DNA from: an uncultured Chloroflexia bacterium
GTDB taxonomy: Bacteria; Chloroflexota; Chloroflexia; Thermomicrobiales; UBA6265
DNA length: 64,000 nt
Assembly (NCBI GenBank): GCA_963724295.1
Contig: CAVRUC010000007.1
Span: 672,001-736,000, forward strand
Direction of reading: 5' to 3'
Part shown: in pieces, positions 29,182 through 38,598 of the stretch
How positions within the stretch are numbered: the first letter of the stretch is position 1
Layout of the letters: the number at the start of each line of letters is the position of its first letter
Program-made: the position numbers and the translations under genes
Notes under the pieces: model-generated
Seen by the model: the letters and a program-made list of their open reading frames with translations, nothing else
Told to the model about the DNA's origin: nothing
Database searches by the model: none

Positions 29182-30372
29182 GCGCCGGTTTTCCGCGCGG
29201 CTGCGCCACCTGGATCGAGGTGGATTCGCTCGAAATCGATGCTCCGGATCCGACGGCTATCACCGCCTTCGCCATCGATCAGCCGAGGCCCGGCGACCGT
29301 TCCCCTGGTCTCGGCGTGGAGGTCAACGGCTGGGTCATCGGGCGGGATGGACCTGTTCGAGGCATACGTACTTCTCGTTCGGACCAGCAAGGCATCGTCC
29401 ATCCGCTCGGTGTCCAACGCCCCGATGTCGCCGCGGATTACCCGGACTACCCACATGCGGACTTCTCTGGATTTTCAGCCTGGGTGTCGATCGATCCGCG
29501 CGGGCGTGCCTGGCAGATCGACGTCGACAGCGTTCTCGCGGACGGCGGAACGGCCCGGATCGCCCGGATTCGGGGGCGAGTCGCTGAAGGTCTGCAAGTC
29601 CCAAGTCCGGGCAACCGATTGGTTACGGCGCCAGACTTCGTCATCATCGGCACCCAACGCGGCGGGACGACGTCGCTTCATGCGTATTTGAGTGCCCACC
29701 CGCAGGTGATTACCCCAGCGACGAAGGAGTTGCATTTCCTCACGGACCGCCACGAACGCGGGCTCGACTGGTACCTCGGGCAATTTCCGGCAGAGCTCGC
29801 CCCCGCACGTTATCACTGGCGAAGCGACGCCCTACGCGCTCTTTCACCCGTTGGCGCCACTGCGATTGCGGGAGATAGCACCAGCGGCAAAAACGATCGT
29901 GTTGCTGCGCAATCCAGTCGACCGGGCATACTCGCATTTCCTCCTGGAGCGGTCACGCGGGGAGGAGACACTCGATTTCGCCGCCGCGCTTGATGCCGAA
30001 CTGGAGCGGCTCGATGGCGAAGAAGCTCGGCTCTTGCAGGATCCTGCGTATGCCAGTGATCCCCACAAGCACGCCAGCTATTTGGCGAGGGGCGAGTACG
30101 CGCGGCAACTCGAGCGCTGGTTCGGCGTCTTCCCCAGGGAGCAGATTCTGGTCATCCGTACCGAAGACCTGTACGAGCGAACCGCGGAGGCGTTCGCTCG
30201 CGTCGCGGATTTCCTGACAATCAACCCGGACGAGATGATTCCGTTCGCGACGCACAATCAATCATCCGGATCACCCCTCGATCCCGCGACCCGTCGCCGG
30301 TTGTCCGAGCACTTTTCTCCGTTCAATGCTCGGTTAGCCGATCTGCTGGGCTGGGACCCCGGCTGGAGTTAA
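29178..30372 (+). CDS. RPDV module plus sulfotransferase (heparan-sulfate ST-like motifs); frameshift near 29806
   Basis: PDFVIIGTQRGGTTSL and KELHF, then after the shift ITGEATPY, LLRNPVDRAYS (3'-PB) and RGEY..QLERW. Confidence 0.8.
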
Positions 30373-31828
30373 GGGCCGATGCCACGGCCGATTGCCTGCT
30401 CTCGGCCAACTGCGCCTCGAGGGCCGAGACGAGGACCCGCAGTTTCGTCACCTGCTCCGCATACTGATCAAGGACGCGTTCAATCGCGTCATCAGACCTT
30501 TCCGACACCACCACCAGATCTTGCGAGCCTCTCGCCACGAGGGGGTAGAGGGCGGTGTCGAACATTGAGAACAATCCGTCGTCGCTGTAGTAGCGAATGC
30601 TATCCCGCTCCACGCGGTCGCCCCACCGCTGTTGGAAGAGCTCGCGGTTATGCTGCTCACCCGGCGAATCTAGACCACGAGTCGCCTTGTCCAAATGGTA
30701 GACAACGCTTTCATGGCAGTAGTGTATTTCCAGGCCCGCTGCCCCAAGACGCAGACACAAATCGACATCTTCCCAACCATTGATGAAGGAGGTGTCGAAC
30801 CCGCCGGCATCAGCCCAGGCCTGTCGCCGGATCAGACAACACGCCGCGGTAACCGCCTGGAATCGACGAGAGATATTGACCGCCGGGTGGTCTTTCGGAA
30901 AGCCGGCGTAGATGTGGTGAGGTAAGCCGTTGGAGCCAAAGACGATCCCGGCATGCTGGATGGTGTCATCAGGGAAGAGGAGTCTCGAACCGATGGCCCC
31001 GGCCGTAGGGTGGGCGTCGGCATAGCGGACAAGCGCCGTCAACCAACCCTGGGTGGGCACCGTGTCGTTGTTGAGGAAGACAAGCAATTCACCGCGCGCC
31101 GTCTCCGCACCTGCGTTACAGGCACCGGCGAACCCACGGTTGAGCTCACGTGTGACGACCTGTAGACGGTCACCATAGGAAGCGAGGAGTCCCGGCGTAT
31201 CGTCGGTCGATGCATCATCGACAACAATAATCTCGACCGCGGGATCGTCATCGTTTCCGATCAGCAGGGCATCGAGACATTGGCGAGTGAGCCCGGCTTG
31301 ATTATGAACAGGGATTACGACCGAGCAGAGGGGGTCGGAGATCGCGTTGCCGGGAAGCCCGCGCGGGGTCGTCGCTATGGTCTTCCCGGTTGATCGACAG
31401 GCAGCGGCCCGAGACGCGGTGAGAATTGCAAAGTAGGCTGTCTCCGCGCGGCGGCGCGCCACCAGCGTTGCCAGATCGACAGACTGATTGTTCGCGAGGA
31501 CGGCGGCGAGATGGACCTGGACATCGTGCTCAGGTCCCTCGAGATTTACGTGAGCGGCAAAGCCACTGAGCATGGCGTCGGGATGGTCAGGGTAATCGGC
31601 GGCGACATCAGGGCGGGGTTGATTTACGGGCAGCGGATCAACGAGGCAACCATTTACTCGCGCCTCGACAACAACAACAGGAACCGATCCCGGCAGGATC
31701 CAGCCAGCAACTTCTACACTAGAGGGCCGATACTGCTTTCCCTCTATGGGATTATCGAGATGGAAACGTGGGAACTCGCGGTTTTCGGCAGACGCGTAAC
31801 GAACTTCCAGGATCTCGATGGTAACCAT
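30323..31828 (-). CDS. RPDV module plus GT2 glycosyltransferase (paralog of 24103-25203)
   Basis: N-terminal LDNP..VAGWIL..RPDVAADYP..SGF, then SVVIPVHN, LNNDT, PHHIYAGFP.DHP and EDVDLCLR. Confidence 0.85.
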   Translation of the reverse strand: MVTIEILEVRYASAENREFPRFHLDNPIEGKQYRPSSVEVAGWILPGSVPVVVVEARVNGCLVDPLPVNQPRPDVAADYPDHPDAMLSGFAAHVNLEGPEHDVQVHLAAVLANNQSVDLATLVARRRAETAYFAILTASRAAACRSTGKTIATTPRGLPGNAISDPLCSVVIPVHNQAGLTRQCLDALLIGNDDDPAVEIIVVDDASTDDTPGLLASYGDRLQVVTRELNRGFAGACNAGAETARGELLVFLNNDTVPTQGWLTALVRYADAHPTAGAIGSRLLFPDDTIQHAGIVFGSNGLPHHIYAGFPKDHPAVNISRRFQAVTAACCLIRRQAWADAGGFDTSFINGWEDVDLCLRLGAAGLEIHYCHESVVYHLDKATRGLDSPGEQHNRELFQQRWGDRVERDSIRYYSDDGLFSMFDTALYPLVARGSQDLVVVSERSDDAIERVLDQYAEQVTKLRVLVSALEAQLAESRQSAVASALNSSRGPSPADRLTEH

Positions 31829-32075
31829 CAGTCACTCTCTGCGAGGGGTCTGCTGGTACTTCCATGATCCAATTCCCGACGACCAGCCAAACAATGCATA
31901 GGTTGCCCGTGCTCGGCCAGGGGAACGATACCATTCACATTGTCACGACAATTACGTGCTCACGAACGCTTCTGCATTTTCGTGGCGCACGGGACTCATC
32001 GTAAAGAGACCCCCTTCAGCCGAATTATCACTCGACGACACAGTGCGTCAGTCCCGCCCCTAGCCACTGTCAAGG

Positions 32076-32104
32076 TTGCCGGGTTTTGACGCTGAACATA
32101 TGCT
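32076..32104 (+). promoter_or_regulatory. Candidate sigma70 promoter for the sulfotransferase run
   Basis: TTGCCG-17 bp-TATGCT in the divergent intergenic region. Confidence 0.4.
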
Positions 32105-32184
32105 GGCGGGTGGCGTAACCGGCATCCCAGAAATGGTGAGCGTCCGGCAGTGTGCGTAGGGAAAGCGAAAGGGAAGCCAGCTTC

Positions 32185-33486
32185 ATGGCGCTAGTCGAAG
32201 TCGACGACATCGAATTCGGTGCGCCCCAGCCCGACAAGATTCAGGCGTTTTCCGTCGACGCTCCACGCATCGGCGGTCGCAATGTCTACGATATCGAGTT
32301 CGCCGGATGGGTTCTGGGAATCAACGAGCCGGTGCAGGAGATCGAAATTCATCAGGGTGGCGCCGTCATTCGCAAGGTCCCACTTGATCAGGAGCGCCGC
32401 GACGTCGCTCACGACTACCCGGATTCTCCCGGTTCAGGGACGTGCGGGTTTCGCACCTGGGTGAGCGTGATCGGCCTCGAGCCAGATCCCAAGCTTCAGG
32501 TACGCGCGGTGCTCGCTGATGGCACCAGGGCGCGATTGGGCAGCATCACGCTCCGTCATCAACCGGTCCAGTCCGGGTTCCAGCCACGCTTGCAACCATT
32601 GATGCTCACCACGATGGGTCGCGCCGGTACGACATGGACCATGCGCCTCCTCTCCGAGCACCCGGAGATCGTCGTCCATCGCTGGCACCCGTACGAGTTG
32701 CGCACGGCTCGCTACTGGTGGCACATGTTCAAGACCCTCTCGGAGCCACGGGACCCATACCATTCAGCGCAGGCCGATCACTTTCAGACCAATAAGCAAT
32801 GGGTGGGCTACAACCCGTTTTACCCCGAGCCGATCGCGGTGACGCCCGGTCTCGGCGAATGGATGGGTCGTGACTACGTCGAAGATTTCGCCCGATTCTG
32901 CCAGCGCAGCGCCGAGGAGACCTATCTGCGCATCGCGGCCGGCCAAGGTCAGCCCAATGTGAAGTACATGGCGGAGAAGCACCGCGCCGACAATCTCCCC
33001 TGGCTGGTTTGGGAGCTTTATCCAAAGGCCAAAGAGATCTTTCTGGTTCGCGATTTTCGCGATGTCTACAGCTCCATGCTCGCGTTCAACGAGAAGTTTG
33101 GACGTCGCGCCTTCGGGCCCGCGCACATCGAATCTGACGCCGACTTCGCCAGTTTCCTGCGCAATAGCACTATCCGGAATCTCAGTCGTTCCTGGCCAAA
33201 GCGAAAGGACCGGGCACACCTGATCCGCTATGAAGATCTCATCACCCGGCCTACGGAGATCCTGCACGGGGTGTTGACCTATCTCGAGCTCGACGCATCA
33301 GACGCAACGATCGACGGCATGATCGACCGGGCGTCGGCCGAGAACCCGGAGATGAAGCGACACCTGACCAGCAGTGAGGTTTCGACCTCTCTCGGCCGGT
33401 GGAAATCGTCCCTCTCTCCCGAATTGCAATCCGTCGCCAATAGCACGTTCGGCGATGTCCTCCAACAGTTCGGCTACCAGGTCTGA
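32185..33486 (+). CDS. RPDV module plus sulfotransferase
   Basis: VDAP..FAGWVL..RRDVAHDYP..CGF, then TMGRAGTTW, AEK, LVRDFRDVYSS, IRYEDL and SLGRWK. Confidence 0.8.
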   Translation: MALVEVDDIEFGAPQPDKIQAFSVDAPRIGGRNVYDIEFAGWVLGINEPVQEIEIHQGGAVIRKVPLDQERRDVAHDYPDSPGSGTCGFRTWVSVIGLEPDPKLQVRAVLADGTRARLGSITLRHQPVQSGFQPRLQPLMLTTMGRAGTTWTMRLLSEHPEIVVHRWHPYELRTARYWWHMFKTLSEPRDPYHSAQADHFQTNKQWVGYNPFYPEPIAVTPGLGEWMGRDYVEDFARFCQRSAEETYLRIAAGQGQPNVKYMAEKHRADNLPWLVWELYPKAKEIFLVRDFRDVYSSMLAFNEKFGRRAFGPAHIESDADFASFLRNSTIRNLSRSWPKRKDRAHLIRYEDLITRPTEILHGVLTYLELDASDATIDGMIDRASAENPEMKRHLTSSEVSTSLGRWKSSLSPELQSVANSTFGDVLQQFGYQV

Positions 33487-33548
33487 CTGAAACCCGGGCA
33501 ACTTCCCCAACGTGCAAGAGGGGTTCTCAGACCAATGGAGACAGCACG

Positions 33549-34269
33549 GTGAGGATTGTCATTGCTGGCCCACCGAAGACCGGTAACATGTGGCTGAAGT
33601 GTCTCCTGGGCCGCGCGTATGGTCTCAGGTGGCTCCGACCCTTCGAGACGCCCGAGCGCGCCGACCTCCAGGCACTCAGATCCTGGCTCGCGGCCGACCG
33701 GTTTCCTGACGGGACCATCTTTCACCAGCACTACGATTACGCGTCCGAGGTCGCTGACGCGCTCGATGCCGTTCCTGCGCACGTAGTGACGATCGTTCGC
33801 GATCCCTACGACGCGTTTGTGTCGACGTATTACACGCTCCAACAACATTCGTCCGAGAACAATCGAAAAGGGACGGAAGTTCACGGAGCTGATGGGAAAA
33901 CCGTTAGATGATCCCGCGGTGATCGAGTTCTTGCGTCAAGGGGGGTACCGAAACAACCTCGAGAAAGCACGCGACTGGGCGAACAGCGGCCGAGCTGTCG
34001 TGTTGCGTTACGAGAGCTTGATCCGGGATCCGCTGGCAGAACTACAACGCGCGACTGAAATGATTGCCCCTGTAAGCGTTGAAGACCTCGAGACAGCGAT
34101 CGACTACTGCCGCGCCGATCGGATGCGCCAGCGAACCAAAGGCGGTAGCAAGCACGTGCGTGCGGCGACTGTCGGCGATTCGGAGCGGCAGCTCACGGCA
34201 GACCACCTCGACGCATTCCGCGAGGCGTACGCCGCGATCATCGTTGAGCTCGGCTATTCGGTGCGGTAG
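33549..34269 (+). CDS. Small sulfotransferase, tandem paralog 1; frameshift near 33870
   Basis: GPPKTGNMWL and VRDPYDAFVS, then after the shift LRYESL and HVRAATVGD. Confidence 0.78.
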
Positions 34270-34460
34270 GCCATGTCCGCTATGAGTCGAACCGAGGACC
34301 ATCCTGCCACGTTTGTTATACTGCGCAGTCGTCCGAGCGAAAACCCGCGTCTCGCTCGCCGGCAACGAGTTCGCTCGAGCTGGGACCGTGGCGCGGAATC
34401 CAAGTACCGCCGGAGTTGACCCAGCTCGTTGCCGAACGAGCGTACGAGGAGTGCGACCGG

Positions 34461-35180
34461 GTGAGGATCATAATCGCGGGGCCGCCCAAGGCCGGCAATG
34501 TCTGGCTCAAATGCCTGCTCGGCCAGATCTACGGGTTGCGTCCCCTCTCCAGAAACGAGACGCCGCAGCGACCATATTTCCACCTCCTCAAGGCCTGGTT
34601 GGAAGAGGGCAACTTTCCGGACGGGACGATTTTCCACCAACATTACGACTACAAAGAGGAGTTGGCGGATCTGGTCGAAGCGGTGCCGGCGCACATCGCC
34701 ACCATCGTTCGCGATCCGTACGACACCTTCGTCTCGTCCTATTTCACTATCCAGCAGCATAAAGACGATGGGCACCGTGACGGTCGTCGCAAGGATTTTA
34801 TGGCCGGCAAGTCCTTGAGCGACCCGGATGTCGTCGAGTACCTCCGCAACGGAGGCTTTCGCAACAATATGCGGCGCGCCAGGGAGTGGCTGGAGAGCGG
34901 ACGGACCCTGGTCGTGCGCTACGAGCGCTTGCACTCCGACCCGATCGCCGAGTTGCGCACCATCACCGACAAGATCGAGCCGGTGCCGGATGAGCGCATC
35001 GCTGCCGCCCTCGAGACGTGCAGCGCGGAGAATATGCGCCAAATGGGGGGACCCAAGTCCCAACATGTCCGGGCGGCCAAAGTCGGCGACTCGCGGGAAA
35101 AACTGAATGAGGAGCATCTGGCCGTCTTCCGCGAAAAGTACGCCGACATGATCCGCGCAATCGGCTATGAGGTTCGCTAG
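34461..35180 (+). CDS. Small sulfotransferase, tandem paralog 2 (intact)
   Basis: GPPKAGNVWL, VRDPYDTFVS, VRYERL and HVRAAKVGD. GTG start after GAGGAG. Confidence 0.82.
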   Translation: MRIIIAGPPKAGNVWLKCLLGQIYGLRPLSRNETPQRPYFHLLKAWLEEGNFPDGTIFHQHYDYKEELADLVEAVPAHIATIVRDPYDTFVSSYFTIQQHKDDGHRDGRRKDFMAGKSLSDPDVVEYLRNGGFRNNMRRAREWLESGRTLVVRYERLHSDPIAELRTITDKIEPVPDERIAAALETCSAENMRQMGGPKSQHVRAAKVGDSREKLNEEHLAVFREKYADMIRAIGYEVR

Positions 35181-35253
35181 GGACTAAGACTCCTGCCAAG
35201 GCAGGAGATTCCGGGAGCCGGCCCCGGCGGCGGGACTCCTAGAGAGGGCATAC

Positions 35254-35986
35254 ATGCGCATCGTCATCTCATCGCCCCCAAAGATGGGGAATACGTGGCT
35301 CAAATGTCTGTTGAGCCAGGTCTACGATCTGGAATGAATCCTCGGCGAAGACTCGCCCGACACAAACATCGAACAGTTTTATCGGTTCGTCAGCGAAGGT
35401 CGCTTTCCCGACAACACCATCTTTCACCAGCACTGCAGGTACAAGCCTCAGCTCTGCGATATCATCGACCAGATTCCGGCGCATCTGGTCACCATCGTGC
35501 GCGATCCGTACGACGCCTTCGTCTCCATGTACCACTGGATCCAGACCCGCACTGACTTCGACCGAGAATTGGGTCGGGTCCGCAAGAAGCAACGGCCGCG
35601 CGATGTGATGATTGGGAAGTCTATCGATGACCCGGTCGTCCTGGACTTTCTTGCCGATGGCTTCGGCCAAACGATCAAACGTGCCGATGAGTGGGTCCAC
35701 AGCGGCCGGGCCATCGTCGTCCGTTATGAGGATCTCCACCGCGAAACGGTTGAGGCGTTGACTCGCGTCACGAACCAGATCGAGCCGGTCGAAACCGCGC
35801 GCATCGAACGTGCGGTTGAAGCGTGTAGCGCCGCCAACATGCGCCAGAGGAGCAAGCGTATGTCGTCGGCATGTTCGCGCGGCGAAGGTCGGAGACTCGC
35901 GAGACAAGCTGGGGGAGTCACACCTGGCCATCTTCCGCGAGAAGTACGGCGAACTGCTTACGTCGCTCGGGTACGACGTTCGATAG
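35254..35986 (+). CDS. Small sulfotransferase, tandem paralog 3; in-frame TGA at 35335-35337 and frameshift near 35867 (error or pseudogene)
   Basis: Only partly captured by the ORF track. Reads MRIVISSPPKMGNTWLKCLL...YDLE*ILGEDSP...FPDNTIFHQH...VRDPYDAFVS in one frame, with tail HVRAAKVGDSRDKL...GYDVR*. Confidence 0.72.
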
Positions 35987-36046
35987 CCTGGCGTGGCCAT
36001 CTGATCAGCTCATGCCGGTCAGAGCCGTTGTTTCCGCCCGATCGAA

Positions 36047-37019
36047 ATGACGAACGCAGTTGATATCGGTATTCTCGCCATTGTCGGTCTCTTTGCCGTG
36101 GGCGGAATGCGGCGCGGATTCCTGCTCGGAATTGTGGACCTCGTCGCCTTTGGTCTGTCACTGATTGTCGCCGCCCGGCTTGGGGAGGTCGGTCGCCGAC
36201 CCGTTGATTGCCTGGGGCCTGCCGGCCGAGCTTGCCGCCGGCGCGGGCTTCATGATTGTTGCCGTGGTCAGCCTGGCGGTGATCGGACTGGCGGCCCGCG
36301 TACTACTGGCGCCCCTGGGCACTCTCGGTGCGAGCACGCCATTGGGCTGGGTCAATGGCGTGCTCGGCTTGCTTCCGGGCGCTATCCGCGGTCTCGCCAT
36401 TGCCGCGCTCCTCGTGCTCGTCGTCTCGGCGCTGCCGCCAGAGTTGGGGCTGCGCGATCGACTTGCGGAATCGCGGCTCGCCGCGCCTATCGCCGAAACG
36501 GGGCGGAAGGCACTTGATGCTGGTCTGGTGTGGGCAGGGGTCGATGCGCGACCGCTTGACATGCTCTCCCTACCTCCAACTGTCGACTCCGTCGAGTTTC
36601 CCTTTCCCGGCACCACGGCGCTCGAATCTGGAAACGACCAGGGGGCCGAGCAAACGCTGCTCGAGTTGTTGAATCAGGAACGTGCCGATGCCGGACTTTC
36701 CCCGCTGCAACCCGACTCCACCCTGGCCGAGGTCGGTCGCGCCCACGGCCGTGAGATGGTCGCGCTTGGTTACTTTGGTCACGTCTCGCCGGCGACTGGG
36801 AGCGCAGCGGATCGGCTAGCCGCTGCGGGGTTGGTCTCTCCTCTATCCGGCGAAAACATTGCGCTGGCGGCGGGACCTGAGGTGGCTCACGAGCAACTGA
36901 TGAACAGACCGGCGGATCGCGCGAATATCCTCAATCCCGGCTTCACCCGGGTCGGCATCGCCGCGCTCCGTAGCACCGACCACGAGCTCCTGGTGATTCA
37001 GGAGTTTGCCGGGCCGTGA
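36047..37019 (+). CDS. CvpA-family membrane domain fused to a CAP/SCP domain; frameshift near 36188
   Basis: DI.IL.....GMRRGFL and NGVLGLLPGAIRG (CvpA); LNQERA..GL.PL, AH..EM...GYFGH, GENIA, RANIL and RVGI (CAP). Confidence 0.75.
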
Positions 37020-37108
37020 TCCTGGCTCGGCGATGACGATACCAGTTACAGTCCGTCAGACATCGTGGACAGCTTTGGCGATCGGTCAACGGGGAAGGAC
37101 CTATCCTC

Positions 37109-38505
37109 GTGGAAGCATCATCAGTAGTCGTTGCTCATGACCCGGAGCGGATGCGGGTGATATTGCAGCAACACTTGCAAGCATCGGCGAGCGCGCCATT
37201 GCGGGTTCAGGAGTGCCGTATCGCCAACACGCGCCAGCGCGATGGCTCACGCGGCACTGTCCAGTACGAACTCCGCCTCGAGGATGCAACGACTGGACTC
37301 GCCTGGAACCAATTAGTAACCGGTATCACCTTCGGAGGTGTCCGGACCCGGCGTGCCTGGGATTCAATTCGCCGCTCGGCCGCGCTCGACGCCGAGCCAG
37401 AAGCGCGGAGCGCCTTGCCACCGTTTGCCTACGTGCCCGAGCTCGATCTGCTGCTTCAGGTGTTTCCACACGACTATCGCCTGCCAGGCCTCGTCCAATT
37501 GATAGCAGGACCACCGCCGGAACTCGTGTCGGCCCTCATAGACGAGTTTGGTCCAGGAGACTGGAGAACTGATGAGTTGGCAGGCCGAAACGGTTCAGTA
37601 TCGCGTCGACATGAGGGCAATTTTGCGGTTGACTGTCGGAGCTGCGGATTCGTTCAACCGAGGGTCCTCCGAGCGCCAGTTCTATGCCAAGATCTATCGG
37701 GACGTCGATCAGGGACGACGCGCCCATCGCGCGCAATGCGAGATCCATGAGCAAGCTACTGCGGTCGGAAAGCACCTCGTCGTGGCGAAGCCGATCGTTT
37801 ACTCGGATGGTCTCCGCACCCTCGTGACAGAAGCTATACCGGGCACGTCATTGTCCAAGATCATCGGGCGTGGCAATGGTTCGATCGGCGCGGTGCAATC
37901 CGCGGCGCGGGCCATTGCCGAATTTCACCAACTCGACGTCGTCGCGCCGCAACGATCTCATGCCGAAGACATGGCTCGACTTCGTGCAGCTCAGGGGGTC
38001 CTCGCGTCTGCTCGGCCCGAGCTAGCCGACGAGGTTAGCGTCATTGTGGAGGCCGTAGCCTTGGGCCTCGAGAGCGCTCCTATCCTCGCTTATCCATGGC
38101 GATCTCAAACCGGTTCACATCCTGATCGATGGCGATCGCGTCGGACTTATCGATTTCGATCTCTACGGCGCGGCCGATCCGATAGTCGACATCGCACATC
38201 TCATCGGGTTCCTGCGGAAGCCCCAGCAGCGCGCTCGGTCTCGCCGCGCGGAAACCGAAGACGTTGGTCAAGTATTCGTTGACGAATACTTCAGGCACGT
38301 CCCGGACTCCTGGCGTGCCCGGCTTCCACTGCATCACGCCATGACGAGCATTTATCGAGCGGTTGGTCTTTGCCAACGGCGGGGCGAAAATCATCAACAT
38401 CATATCGAGGAAGTGTTGCGGGAGGGTCGTGCGTTCCTGGACCGAGTCGCTGACGGATCAGTCCCCTCCTACAAGCGCCGGCTCACGCGATCCGTCGCGC
38501 ATTGA
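37109..38505 (+). CDS. APH/choline-kinase-like phosphotransferase; frameshifts near 37570 and 38085
   Basis: FPHDYRLPGL and FYAKIY. The final frame reads IHGDLKPVHILIDGDRVGLIDFD...ADPIVDIAH (Brenner motif plus DFD), ending TGA 38503-38505. Confidence 0.7.
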
Positions 38506-38598
38506 GCGTCGCGTGCCGGACGATCTTGAGCCAGTCAGTAGAATGCTGGTCGCGCGAGCGTGGAGGGGAACGAAGCGGCATGATTGGGTCGATAGACC

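Noticed and set aside
35335..35337. In-frame TGA as selenocysteine or recoding
   Set aside because: It aligns with Trp in paralog 1 (YGLRW vs YDLE*), so a TGG>TGA change or base error is simpler. It is not a Cys position, and TGA is used as a normal stop throughout the window.
37109..38505. Aminoglycoside resistance gene
   Set aside because: It has the APH-like fold motifs only. Its length and glycan-locus context differ from resistance APHs.
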